IMG/VR virus record: IMGVR_UViG_2974502414_000001
DNA length: 64,000 nucleotides
Reading direction: 5' to 3' (one strand)
From: a virus
Taxonomy: Duplodnaviria > Heunggongvirae > Uroviricota > Caudoviricetes > Herelleviridae
In this document: positions 54,708-64,000 of the stretch, piece after piece
How the letters are laid out: the number at the start of each line of letters is the position of its first letter
How positions within the stretch are numbered: the stretch's first letter is position 1
Program-made: the position numbers and the translations under genes
The notes under the pieces: model-generated
What the model saw: only the letters and a program-made list of their open reading frames with translations
Databases searched by the model: none
What the model was told of the DNA's origin: nothing

Positions 54708-54923
54708 ATGGATAGAAAAAAGACACCTGAAAATAACACTCCTAAATTTAATGGTTATGTTCATATAGATACATTCCTTGATACTGCAAAAACCCTTTTT
54801 AATATGAGGGATTCACAAGTAGCAGGATTTAAAGCTTATATGGAAGGTAGTCATTATTTGTTTAGTGAGCAAGAATTCTTACCATCATTAGAGAAGTATC
54901 TAGGTAGGAAATTAGATATATAA
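54708..54923 (+). CDS. hypothetical protein (71 aa)
   Basis: ORF track. Confidence 0.5.
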   Translation: MDRKKTPENNTPKFNGYVHIDTFLDTAKTLFNMRDSQVAGFKAYMEGSHYLFSEQEFLPSLEKYLGRKLDI

Positions 54924-54949
54924 TAACATTCAGATAAGGAGAATTAAAT

Positions 54950-56713
54950 ATGGCAGTAGAACCATTCCCAAGAAGACCTATTACCCGTCCTCATGCATCT
55001 ATTGAAGTAGATACTTCAGGTATCGGTGGCTCAGCAGGTTCAAGTGAAAAAGTATTTTGCTTAATCGGTCAGGCTGAAGGCGGAGAACCAAATACAGTTT
55101 ATGAATTACGTAACTATGCACAAGCTAAACGTTTATTCCGTTCAGGAGAATTACTTGATGCAATAGAATTAGCATGGGGTTCTAACCCTAACTATACAGC
55201 AGGACGTATTTTAGCTATGCGTATAGAAGATGCTAAACCTGCTTCAGCGGAAATTGGCGGATTAAAAATAACATCTAAAATCTACGGTAATGTTGCTAAC
55301 AACATTCAAGTAGGATTAGAAAAGAATACACTAAGTGATTCATTACGTTTAAGAGTAATATTCCAAGATGACCGTTTCAATGAGGTTTATGATAATATCG
55401 GTAATATCTTCACAATCAAGTACAAAGGAGAAGAAGCTAACGCAACTTTCTCTGTAGAACATGATGAAGAAACTCAAAAAGCAAGTCGTTTAGTATTAAA
55501 AGTTGGAGACCAAGAAGTTAAGTCATATGATTTAACTGGTGGAGCTTATGACTACACTAATGCTATTATTACAGACATTAATCAATTACCTGATTTCGAA
55601 GCTAAATTATCACCTTTCGGAGATAAGAACTTAGAATCTAGCAAATTAGATAAAATTGAAAATGCAAATATAAAAGATAAAGCTGTATATGTAAAAGCAG
55701 TTTTTGGTGACTTAGAAAAACAAACAGCTTACAATGGTATCGTATCTTTCGAGCAACTTAATGCAGAAGGAGAAGTACCAAGTAATGTAGAGGTTGAAGC
55801 AGGAGAAGAATCAGCTACAGTAACTGCTACTTCACCTATTAAAACTATTGAACCGTTTGAGTTAACTAAGTTAAAAGGCGGTACTAATGGTGAACCACCT
55901 GCTACATGGGCAGACAAGTTAGATAAATTTGCACATGAAGGCGGATACTACATTGTTCCATTATCATCTAAACAATCAGTTCATGCAGAGGTAGCTTCTT
56001 TTGTTAAAGAACGTTCTGATGCAGGAGAACCAATGAGAGCTATTGTTGGTGGAGGATTCAATGAATCTAAAGAACAATTGTTCGTTAGACAAGCATCATT
56101 ATCTAATCCACGAGTATCATTAGTAGCTAACTCAGGTACTTTTGTTATGGATGATGGACGTAAAAACCACGTACCTGCTTACATGGTAGCCGTAGCTCTA
56201 GGTGGTCTTGCAAGTGGTTTAGAAATCGGTGAATCAATCACATTCAAACCACTACGTGTAAGTTCATTAGACCAAATCTATGAGTCAATAGACTTAGATG
56301 AATTAAATGAAAATGGTATTATTAGTATAGAGTTTGTTCGTAACCGTACTAATACATTCTTCAGAATCGTTGACGATGTAACTACATTCAACGATAAATC
56401 AGACCCAGTTAAGGCTGAAATGGCTGTTGGGGAAGCTAATGACTTCTTAGTAAGTGAGCTTAAAGTTCAACTTGAAGACCGGTTTATTGGTACTCGTACT
56501 ATTAATACAAGTGCTTCAATCATTAAAGACTTTATCCAATCTTACTTGGGTCGTAAGAAACGTGATAATGAAATTCAAGACTTCCCTGCTGAAGACGTAC
56601 AAGTTATTGTTGAAGGTAACGAAGCAAGAATTTCAATGACAGTTTACCCAATCAGAATCTTCAAGAAAATCTCTGTTAGCTTGGTTTACAAGCAACAGAC
56701 ATTACAAGCCTAG
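54950..56713 (+). CDS. tail sheath protein
   Basis: 587 aa; recognised Kayvirus sheath sequence. Confidence 0.9.
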   Translation: MAVEPFPRRPITRPHASIEVDTSGIGGSAGSSEKVFCLIGQAEGGEPNTVYELRNYAQAKRLFRSGELLDAIELAWGSNPNYTAGRILAMRIEDAKPASAEIGGLKITSKIYGNVANNIQVGLEKNTLSDSLRLRVIFQDDRFNEVYDNIGNIFTIKYKGEEANATFSVEHDEETQKASRLVLKVGDQEVKSYDLTGGAYDYTNAIITDINQLPDFEAKLSPFGDKNLESSKLDKIENANIKDKAVYVKAVFGDLEKQTAYNGIVSFEQLNAEGEVPSNVEVEAGEESATVTATSPIKTIEPFELTKLKGGTNGEPPATWADKLDKFAHEGGYYIVPLSSKQSVHAEVASFVKERSDAGEPMRAIVGGGFNESKEQLFVRQASLSNPRVSLVANSGTFVMDDGRKNHVPAYMVAVALGGLASGLEIGESITFKPLRVSSLDQIYESIDLDELNENGIISIEFVRNRTNTFFRIVDDVTTFNDKSDPVKAEMAVGEANDFLVSELKVQLEDRFIGTRTINTSASIIKDFIQSYLGRKKRDNEIQDFPAEDVQVIVEGNEARISMTVYPIRIFKKISVSLVYKQQTLQA

Positions 56714-56785
56714 TCTAGGTGACGGAGTACCTGGATTAGGTACTCCTATTAATATAATTTGAATACTTTAGGAGAGTGAATACAG

Positions 56786-57142
56786 ATGGCATCAGAAGCT
56801 AAACAAACCGTCCATACTGGTAATACCGTCCTACTTATGATTAAAGGTAAACCGGTAGGAAGAGCACAATCAGCATCAGGTCAACGTGAATACGGTACAA
56901 CTGGTGTATACGAAATCGGTTCTATCATGCCTCAAGAACACGTATACTTACGTTATGAAGGTACAATTACAGTAGAACGTTTACGTATGAAAAAAGAAAA
57001 CTTTGCAGATTTAGGATATGCTTCACTTGGTGAAGAAATTCTTAAGAAAGACATCATTGATATTTTAGTAGTAGATAACTTAACAAAACAAGTTATTATT
57101 TCATATCATGGTTGTAGTGCTAATAACTACAACGAGACATAA
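56786..57142 (+). CDS. tail tube protein
   Basis: 118 aa; immediately after sheath; recognised sequence. Confidence 0.8.
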   Translation: MASEAKQTVHTGNTVLLMIKGKPVGRAQSASGQREYGTTGVYEIGSIMPQEHVYLRYEGTITVERLRMKKENFADLGYASLGEEILKKDIIDILVVDNLTKQVIISYHGCSANNYNET

Positions 57143-57186
57143 CTTTTTTCTGCTGTGTCTCTGTACAGTGATGTATAACAAAAAAA

Positions 57187-57609
57187 CCCTTCTAATTCAT
57201 GGGAACCCTTAACAGATAATGCTGAAGGCAATCATGAGCCAAGCCTAGTAAAGTACTAGGAAGGTGCAACGACTAGAGAAAAGATAGTTTACTGTTATAG
57301 GCAGTAAATGAAAACTGAGTATCGTACATCTAAGTAGATGGAAATGGAGGGATTCCTAAAGTAACGTTTAGGAATGTGATATAGTCTAGTCTATATGGAA
57401 ACATATAGAAGGTAAGAAGTAACGACTCTTATCGTAATAATAACAGGCAGACCAATGAAATCGTAACTGAAGAAATTGAGTAGAAGAATGCTCCTTTAAC
57501 TAGAAATAGTTATAGCAAATCCCTTTAATTCATGGGAACCCTTAACAGATAATGCTGAAGGCAATCATGAGCCAAGCCTAGTAAAGTACTAGGAAGGTGC
57601 AACGACTAG
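57187..57609 (+). repeat. tandem pair of about 334-bp ORF-free modules; 90-bp near-identical cores at 57187-57276 and 57521-57609 (1 difference), each with hairpin CCTAGTA-aag-TACTAGG
   Basis: read directly; tails diverged but alignable, with compensatory hairpin GGATTCCTAAA/TTTAGGAATG vs ACACCTT/AAGGTGA. Confidence 0.75.
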
Positions 57610-57784
57610 TCAGAATGACGTACATCTAAGCAGATGGAAATAGGGGACACCTTCAATATTAAGGTGAAGATATAGTCTGAACTATATAGAAATATATAGA
57701 AGGTTCAAGAGTAGCGTTTTGAATCGTAACAAATTTGTTTCTTATTTAACAGCTAGTGATAAAGCCCGTACCTAAAGGGTTTAA

Positions 57785-57814
57785 AGACCTAACAATAAAA
57801 GTTAGGTCTTTTTT
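57785..57814 (+). terminator. intrinsic terminator AGACCTAAC-aataaaa-GTTAGGTCT plus T6 closing the repeat region
   Basis: read directly. Confidence 0.8.
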
Positions 57815-57815
57815 A

Positions 57816-57844
57816 TTGACATATAACTAACGATATGGTAACAT
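57816..57844 (+). promoter_or_regulatory. promoter TTGACA-17-TGgTAACAT for endonuclease gene
   Basis: TTGACA 57816-57821, TAACAT 57839-57844. Confidence 0.45.
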
Positions 57845-57873
57845 TAAAATATAATATTAAAGAGGTGTTAAGA

Positions 57874-59277
57874 ATGGATAAAAAAATAATAGGATTAAAT
57901 ACAAAAACATTAGAAGAGAAGGTTTTTACTACTATAAAAGAAGCAGAAAAAGAAATTGAATTAAGAGGTACCGTTAAAAGATGTTTAAATAATGAAATTA
58001 AGTCTACTAAAGGATGGTTATTTAGGTATGAAAATGAAGATTTTCCTGAGAAGGCAAGAACAATAACAGACAAAAGAATTAAGGTTGTTGTTTTAAGTAA
58101 AGAACAGGAACAAATAAAGTTACCTCTTGAGATGGCTAAAAATTTATATGGAATACCTAAACCTATGATTATTGAAGCTATTCAATATAAAAGGAAAATT
58201 AATGGCTACTCTGTTAGAAGAGCTACAAAAGAAGAGCAAAAGATTACATTATCTAACATTAGTTATATAGACTATATAAAAACAGTTAATAACCCAAACA
58301 ATATTAAAATTATTAAAAATAAGGGTTCTTTTGGTGAACAGTTAGTTAAGACAATATTAGACTATAATAATATAGAATATAAAAGGGAATATTCTTTTAA
58401 GAATGAATTAGGGACAATACAAAGAATGGATTTTTTAGCAGTAGTAGATAATAAAAAATACTGTATTGAATATATGGGTGAGCAACATTATGTAGAGAAA
58501 GGTAATAAGTGGGGCTCGTTAGAAAAGAGACAATTTCTAGATTCTATAAAGAAAAAATACTGTTACGAAAATGGGATATACTATATTGATATCAGTTATA
58601 AAAACAGTGATTTAGAGAGTGTATTCAATGTTATTAATAAACACATACCAGGTATTAAAAAACCAAATAAATCTATTATTGATATTGGTGTGACAATAAA
58701 TATAGAAGAAATGTTAGAATACTATAAGGAGCATACTAAAAAAGAAACAGCTTATAAATATGGAGTAAAGGAACATAATATTGATAACTTATTAGTAAAT
58801 TTAAACTATGAAAGCAAAAGAAAACCTAAAGATATAATACAAGTATATAAGAGAGATGAAAAAATATTTGAGGGCACTTATAATGAAATTAAGGATGAAT
58901 TTAATTTTACTATGAGTAATGTTTTGAAATGTTTAAATGGAGAACTAGATAAAACATCACAACATTACTTTAAATATAAAGATTCAGAAAAAGATAGAGT
59001 TAGACAACTAAAGACTAAAGAAAGACATAATAAAAGAGGAACAGTAAGAGGAAGTAGTAACAAGGATGTCGTTCTCAAGGACATATATTCAGGAGAGGAA
59101 ACTGTATATTCTTCTATTAAGGAGTGTCACGAAATAACAGGTCTAAACAAAGACAAATTATACAAGTTATTTAATCCAAATAAAAGTAAACAAATTATAG
59201 ACAAATATATAGGTAAAAGCTATGGCGGTGAATACCCTATAACTGTAGAAGAGGCTCTAAATATAATTAACCCTTGA
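57874..59277 (+). CDS. free-standing homing-endonuclease-like protein: NUMOD-like DNA-binding repeats plus PD-(D/E)XK (Vsr/EDxHD-like) nuclease core (start moved to MDKKIIGL)
   Basis: 467 aa; repeats IKSTKGWLFRYENED and IKECHEITGLNKDKLYKLF; core MDFLAVVDNKKYCIEYMGEQHY. Confidence 0.55.
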   Translation: MDKKIIGLNTKTLEEKVFTTIKEAEKEIELRGTVKRCLNNEIKSTKGWLFRYENEDFPEKARTITDKRIKVVVLSKEQEQIKLPLEMAKNLYGIPKPMIIEAIQYKRKINGYSVRRATKEEQKITLSNISYIDYIKTVNNPNNIKIIKNKGSFGEQLVKTILDYNNIEYKREYSFKNELGTIQRMDFLAVVDNKKYCIEYMGEQHYVEKGNKWGSLEKRQFLDSIKKKYCYENGIYYIDISYKNSDLESVFNVINKHIPGIKKPNKSIIDIGVTINIEEMLEYYKEHTKKETAYKYGVKEHNIDNLLVNLNYESKRKPKDIIQVYKRDEKIFEGTYNEIKDEFNFTMSNVLKCLNGELDKTSQHYFKYKDSEKDRVRQLKTKERHNKRGTVRGSSNKDVVLKDIYSGEETVYSSIKECHEITGLNKDKLYKLFNPNKSKQIIDKYIGKSYGGEYPITVEEALNIINP

Positions 59278-59300
59278 CCAGTATCAAGGGTTATGTTATT
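59271..59300 (+). terminator. hairpin CCCTTGA-ccagta-TCAAGGG then T-rich tract
   Basis: read directly; stop codon lies in stem. Confidence 0.55.
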
Positions 59301-59447
59301 ATAATAAATAAGAAGGGATTATATTGACAAACAAAAGAAAAACAATAGGTAAAATAAGTAACTCAAGAGCAACATGGAATATTAATCCGGTAACTAAAGT
59401 TAAAAAAGATAAAACAAAATATTCTAGAAAAAATAAACATAAAGGTC

Positions 59448-59476
59448 TTGACAATTATAATTAACTAAGGTATATT
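59448..59476 (+). promoter_or_regulatory. promoter TTGACA-17-TATATT
   Basis: read directly. Confidence 0.5.
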
Positions 59477-59505
59477 ATTAGTATAACAAAAAAGGAGATG
59501 GGTAT

Positions 59506-59964
59506 ATGAGTACATTTTGGTCAGAAAGAAGAACAACTAATAAAGATAGGCAAGTTAAAAAACATTATACTCAAATGAGTATGTATGAAAGAAAGAAATG
59601 TGTAGAGTTATTACAAGAGACAATTACTGAAAATAGAATTATTAATTTTACACGACATAGTGCAAAAAAGGTTAAAGGTAAACCAACAACAAATATACCT
59701 AAATTAATAGGTTTTATTTTTAAAAATAAGTTTGCCTACGAAAATATCATAGAGTACAATAACACAGATTATAATGGTAATATTGAGAGGAGAATTGTTG
59801 TTAAACATCCTAAAGTTATAACTGTAGAAGGAAAACCTAGCTATCAGTTTTTGACAATTAGTCTTGAAGATGCTAGAGTTATTACGGTGTGGTATAACAG
59901 TGTAGATGATACACATAGAACACTAGATTTAAATTATTATAGTAAAGACTTGACAATTCAATAA
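59506..59964 (+). CDS. hypothetical protein (152 aa)
   Basis: ORF track; RBS AAGGAGATGGG. Confidence 0.5.
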   Translation: MSTFWSERRTTNKDRQVKKHYTQMSMYERKKCVELLQETITENRIINFTRHSAKKVKGKPTTNIPKLIGFIFKNKFAYENIIEYNNTDYNGNIERRIVVKHPKVITVEGKPSYQFLTISLEDARVITVWYNSVDDTHRTLDLNYYSKDLTIQ

Positions 59965-59976
59965 GGAGGTATTATA

Positions 59977-60171
59977 ATGGGTATAACAATAGTAAATAGT
60001 TATTTTATTCTGTCTAGCATTTTCCTCATCATATTAACCATATTAAATGGTAAGGGTACAGTTACAAGGGAATCATTAACTATGAGTAAAATATTAGTAG
60101 TAATAACATCAATTCAATTTTTAGCATGTTTAATTATTAATGGTATTTATTGGTCACTAAAATTTATGTAG
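59977..60171 (+). CDS. small membrane protein (64 aa)
   Basis: ORF track; 2 TM. Confidence 0.4.
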   Translation: MGITIVNSYFILSSIFLIILTILNGKGTVTRESLTMSKILVVITSIQFLACLIINGIYWSLKFM

Positions 60172-60252
60172 TAGAACTAGAATAAAAGTATTGACAAATT
60201 AAAACTAATAAATTATAATAAAGGTATAACAAATTAAAGGAGAAGATATAAA

Positions 60253-60564
60253 ATGTCACAAGATAAATTAAGAGCAATTTACACAGAAATGAAAGTAGAA
60301 TTACACAAATTTCCTAAAGAGGTAGATATAACAAGTAAATCAACTGCAATTGCAATCAATCAGATTTTAGATAAATTCAAAACATTAACAGAACAAGCAG
60401 GAAAGATTACTAGAAAATATTTAGAAGGTCAAGAAATATTAACTATTGATTATGAGTATTATGATTCATTACAAGAATACTATATTTACCTACTTAGAAA
60501 TAGTGAAAAGATTGAACAAAGTTTACAAGAAATTACTAAGCGCACAGGTGAATATGTAAAGTAA
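60253..60564 (+). CDS. hypothetical protein (103 aa)
   Basis: ORF track; RBS AAAGGAGAAG. Confidence 0.5.
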   Translation: MSQDKLRAIYTEMKVELHKFPKEVDITSKSTAIAINQILDKFKTLTEQAGKITRKYLEGQEILTIDYEYYDSLQEYYIYLLRNSEKIEQSLQEITKRTGEYVK

Positions 60565-60695
60565 TTTTGATTTAAAAACAAAATATGATATACTATGTTT
60601 AAAGTAGTAAGCCTACACTAGTCCGTGTTATATTAATATTGAATCGGATAAGCGTAGGCTTTATTAATATTTAAAAAAGGAAGGTATATCATATT

Positions 60696-61154
60696 ATGGC
60701 AGAAGAAATTAAAAAGGAACAAGATGTACAAGAAACAACTAAAGAAGAAAAAAAAGATGTTAGTAAAATGACACCGGAAGAAATAGATAAATTAAAATAT
60801 CAAGACAAACAAGAAAAAGAACAAGTTATTAACAAAGTTATTAAAGGCGTTAATGATACTTGGGAAAAAGAATATAACTTTGAAGAACTAGACTTAAGAT
60901 TTAAAGTTAAGATTAAATTACCTAATGCACGAGAACAAGGTAATATCTTTGCGTTACGTTCTGCTTACTTAGGTGGTATGGATATGTACCAAACAGACCA
61001 AGTGATTAGAGCATATCAAATGTTAGCTACCTTACAGGAAGTAGGTATTGAAGTTCCTAAGGAATTCCAAGACCCTGACGATATTTATAACTTATATCCT
61101 TTAACTGTTATGTATGAAGATTGGTTAGGATTCTTAAACTCCTTTCGTTACTAA
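60696..61154 (+). CDS. hypothetical protein (152 aa), positional candidate for tail assembly chaperone
   Basis: ORF track; position upstream of tape-measure gene. Confidence 0.5.
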   Translation: MAEEIKKEQDVQETTKEEKKDVSKMTPEEIDKLKYQDKQEKEQVINKVIKGVNDTWEKEYNFEELDLRFKVKIKLPNAREQGNIFALRSAYLGGMDMYQTDQVIRAYQMLATLQEVGIEVPKEFQDPDDIYNLYPLTVMYEDWLGFLNSFRY

Positions 61155-61188
61155 TAGTATAGAAACATTAGATAAAGATATAGAACGA

Positions 61189-61734
61189 TTGGGCGGTATG
61201 GAATCAATTGTTAAACAACCTTTATCTAGAAATCTATGGGCTATTATGAAAGAGTTTAATGTTTTACCTACCGAGCAAAGATTTAAGGACTTAGATGATT
61301 ATCAGATAGAGTTTATTATTGGGAATATGAACAGAGATGTTTATGAACATAACAAACAACTTAAACAAGCTCAAAAAGGTGGAAAATTCGATAGTCAATT
61401 CGAAGATGATGATAGTAGTTGGTGGAATGAATCTCATGAAGACTTTGACCCAGTACCTGATTTCTTAGATGCTGATGATTTAGCACAACAGGTGGAAGCT
61501 AAATTATCCGATAGAGATAAGGAAGAAAGAGCTAAGAGAAACGATGCGGAGTTAAATGATGAAACAGAAGGACTTACTACACAACATCTAGCTATGATGG
61601 AATACATCAGACAGAAACAACAAGAATTAGATGATGAAGTAGGAAATGGTAAGACTAGTGAAGAGGATGCTACTATATCACAAGATAGCGTTAATAAAGC
61701 ACTAGAAGACCTAGATGATGACTGGTATATGTAA
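61189..61734 (+). CDS. acidic hypothetical protein (181 aa), positional candidate for second tail chaperone
   Basis: ORF track. Confidence 0.5.
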   Translation: MGGMESIVKQPLSRNLWAIMKEFNVLPTEQRFKDLDDYQIEFIIGNMNRDVYEHNKQLKQAQKGGKFDSQFEDDDSSWWNESHEDFDPVPDFLDADDLAQQVEAKLSDRDKEERAKRNDAELNDETEGLTTQHLAMMEYIRQKQQELDDEVGNGKTSEEDATISQDSVNKALEDLDDDWYM

Positions 61735-61786
61735 AGGGTGGTAGGTGATACTACCATCCTTATTTTTTTAAAATGGATGGTGAATA

Positions 61787-64000
61787 ATGATGGCAATGAA
61801 TGATGATTATAGATTGGTCTTGTCCGGTGATAGTTCGGATTTAGAGAATAGTCTGAAGGCAATAGAACTTTATATGGATTCTTTAGAGTCTAAGAATATT
61901 GATGCTCCTTTAGATAATTTCTTAAAAAAATTAAAAGTAATTGCTAAAGAAGTTAAAAATGTACAGAACGCAATGGATAAACAAGATGGTAAATCTGTTA
62001 TATCTTCTAAAGACATGGATGAATCTATTAAATCCACTCAATCTGCTACAAAGAATATAAATGAATTAAAGAAAGCTTTAGATGACCTTCAAAAAGAGAA
62101 TATATCTAAAGGTATTGCACCTGACCCTGAAGTTGAAAAAGCATATGCTAAGATGGGTAAAGTTGTAGATGAAACTCAAGAAAAACTTGAGAAAATGTCT
62201 TCACAAAAAATAGGTTCTGATGCTAGTATTCAAAATAGAATTAAGGAAATGAAAACCTTAAATCAAGTAACTGAAGAATACAATAAAATAAGTAAAGATT
62301 CTAGCGCAACTAAAGATTATACAAAACGATTAAGAGCTAATCGTAATATGACTAGAGGTTACATGGAGCGTTCAGAAGGAACAGGACGATTAACATATGA
62401 CCAAGGTGCACGAGTTAGAAGTGAGCTAGGTAAAATAAGTTCTTATGAGAGCCAAAGAAAACAAAACCAACGTAATTTAGGACAAGCAAGAGAGCAATAT
62501 AGCAACTATAGAAATCAACAACAAGACTTGACTAAACGTAGAGCTAGCGGTCAAATTAATAAGGAACAATATGAACAAGAGTTAGCTTCTATTAAACAGG
62601 AAATGAAAGCTAGAGAAGAACTTATATCTAACTATGAGAAATTAGGAGCAGAACTTGATAAAACAGTTCAGTATTATAAGGGTTCAGTTCAAAAGGATTT
62701 CCAATCTAGAGATGTAGACCAACAACGAGGAACATTTGGTAGAATGGTTCAAGAACGTTTGCCATCTATTGGTTCTCATGCTATGATGGGTACTACAGCT
62801 ATGGCTACAGGTTTATACATGAAGGGTGCCTCACTAAGTGAAACTAATAGACCGATGGTTACATCATTAGGTCAAAATTCCGATAATATGGATATAGATT
62901 CTGTAAGAAATGCATATGGAGACTTGTCAATTGATAACAAATTAGGTTATAATAGTACTGACATGTTAAAAATGGCTACTTCATATGAAGCATCAGTAGG
63001 ACATAAAAGTGATGAGGACACAATGGCAGGAACTAAACAGCTTGCTATTGGAGGACGTTCTTTAGGTATTAGAGACCAAGAAGCTTATCAAGAGTCTATG
63101 GGTCAAATCATGCATACTGGTGGAGTAAATTCTGATAACATGAAGGAAATGCAAGATGCATTCCTAGGTGGTATTAAACAATCAGGCATGGTTGGTCGTC
63201 AAGATGAACAACTTAAAGCACTAGGTTCTATAGCGGAACAATCAGGAGAAGGAAGAACTCTAACTAAAGACCAAATGAGTAATCTTACTGCCATGCAATC
63301 TACTTTTGCAGAGTCAGGAAGTAAAGGATTACAAGGTGAACAAGGTGCCAATGCTATTAACAGTATAGACCAAGGACTTAAAAATGGTATGAATAGTTCT
63401 TATGCTCGTATAGCAATGGGATGGGGAACGCAATACCAAGGTCTTGAAGGTGGATATGATTTACAAAAACGTATGGATGAAGGTATATCTAATCCTGAAA
63501 ACTTGACAGATATGGCTGATATAGCTACTCAAATGGGTGGCAGTGAAAAAGAACAAAAATACCTATTTAATAGAAGTATGAAAGAAATAGGCGCTAATCT
63601 AACTATGGAGCAATCTGATGAAATATTTAAAGATGCTCAATCCGGAAAACTGTCTAAAGAAGAGTTAGCTAAGAAAGCTAAGAAAATGGAAAAAGAAGGT
63701 AAAAAAGAAGGAGAAGATAACGCCACTGATTATAAAGAATCTAAATCAGGAAAAAATGACCAAAATAAATCTAAGACTGATGATAAAGCAGAAGATACTT
63801 ATGATATGGCTCAACCACTAAGAGATGCTCATAGTGCTTTAGCAGGTCTTCCTGCCCCTATATATTTAGCTATTGGTGCTATAGGAGCATTTACAGCTTC
63901 ACTAATTGCATCTGCAAGTCAATTTGGAGCAGGTCACTTAATTGGTAAAGGAGCCAAAGGACTTAGAAATAAATTTGGTAGAAATAAAGGCGGTAGCTCC
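61787..64000 (+). CDS. tail tape-measure protein, 5' partial (runs past the window end)
   Basis: open frame from ATG 61787 to 64000 with no stop; coiled-coil and Gly-rich composition typical of tape-measure proteins; absent from ORF track because it has no stop. Confidence 0.8.
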   Translation, partial: MMAMNDDYRLVLSGDSSDLENSLKAIELYMDSLESKNIDAPLDNFLKKLKVIAKEVKNVQNAMDKQDGKSVISSKDMDESIKSTQSATKNINELKKALDDLQKENISKGIAPDPEVEKAYAKMGKVVDETQEKLEKMSSQKIGSDASIQNRIKEMKTLNQVTEEYNKISKDSSATKDYTKRLRANRNMTRGYMERSEGTGRLTYDQGARVRSELGKISSYESQRKQNQRNLGQAREQYSNYRNQQQDLTKRRASGQINKEQYEQELASIKQEMKAREELISNYEKLGAELDKTVQYYKGSVQKDFQSRDVDQQRGTFGRMVQERLPSIGSHAMMGTTAMATGLYMKGASLSETNRPMVTSLGQNSDNMDIDSVRNAYGDLSIDNKLGYNSTDMLKMATSYEASVGHKSDEDTMAGTKQLAIGGRSLGIRDQEAYQESMGQIMHTGGVNSDNMKEMQDAFLGGIKQSGMVGRQDEQLKALGSIAEQSGEGRTLTKDQMSNLTAMQSTFAESGSKGLQGEQGANAINSIDQGLKNGMNSSYARIAMGWGTQYQGLEGGYDLQKRMDEGISNPENLTDMADIATQMGGSEKEQKYLFNRSMKEIGANLTMEQSDEIFKDAQSGKLSKEELAKKAKKMEKEGKKEGEDNATDYKESKSGKNDQNKSKTDDKAEDTYDMAQPLRDAHSALAGLPAPIYLAIGAIGAFTASLIASASQFGAGHLIGKGAKGLRNKFGRNKGGSS

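Noticed and set aside
57187-57609. Possible CRISPR array (repeated 90-bp elements)
   Set aside because: Only two copies, 334-bp period, long diverged but alignable tails, no cas genes. This is a tandem duplication, not a repeat-spacer array.
56786-59277. Tail tube gene interrupted by an intron carrying the downstream endonuclease
   Set aside because: Tail tube ORF ends with a clean stop and terminator-like structure. No downstream in-frame exon exists. The endonuclease has its own promoter and terminator, so it is a free-standing insertion, not an intron ORF.
61434-61862. ORF-track CDS (142 aa, minus strand)
   Set aside because: Antisense to the acidic ORF 61189..61734 and to the start of the tape-measure gene; Ser/Cys-rich low complexity.
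1-64000. Prophage or integrative element signatures (integrase, att sites), rRNA genes
   Set aside because: No tyrosine or serine recombinase motifs or rRNA-like sequence seen. Gene content is that of a virulent myovirus.

Overview
This window reads as a 64-kb piece of a virulent Staphylococcus Twort-like / Kayvirus (phage K-like, Herelleviridae) genome. That identification rests on recognised protein sequences, not a database search. About 30% GC; no integrase, rRNA or CRISPR.

Layout:
(i) 1-6100: plus-strand early-gene cassettes typical of the long-terminal-repeat host-takeover region. Each cassette is a near-consensus sigma-A promoter, a conserved RBS, a small ORF and a hairpin. The region also holds a reverse-oriented HNH homing endonuclease and several short motif arrays.
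(ii) about 6120-6400: an iteron-rich, G-rich, ORF-free segment between convergent terminators.
(iii) 6411-39370: a long minus-strand block. It carries accessory and metabolic genes: a NADAR hydrolase, a Ser/Thr phosphatase, a pol-beta nucleotidyltransferase, a MoxR-like AAA ATPase, MazG, a PcfJ-like protein, LysM, an NDT-like protein, RNA ligase, PhoH, RNase H, an SPFH plus NfeD-like pair, and a transglycosylase. It also holds two tRNA operons (tRNA-Met plus a tRNA-like element; tRNA-Asp/Phe/Trp) and the lysis cassette. The lysis cassette comprises the holin and the lysK endolysin; lysK is split by a group I intron carrying an HNH homing endonuclease, and the predicted spliced product is 495 aa.
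(iv) 39511-64000: the plus-strand structural module. It runs from terL through portal, prohead protease, scaffold-like protein, major capsid, tail sheath and tail tube to a partial tape-measure gene. It is interrupted by an EDxHD/NUMOD-like homing endonuclease.

The most unusual signals are ORF-free, GC-elevated, hairpin-rich RNA-like segments that no feature type explains:
- a tandem pair of diverged ~334-bp modules after the tail tube gene, with compensatory hairpin changes;
- a ~560-nt 3' extension of the tRNA-Met operon and a ~1.1-kb leader of the tRNA-Asp/Phe/Trp operon, both driven by consensus promoters;
- a promoter-to-terminator ~180-nt candidate sRNA convergent with the terminal-repeat HNH gene.

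Also notable: an over-represented GAAGCGGTY 9-mer, two separate iteron arrays, and an RBS-equipped ORF with no start codon.
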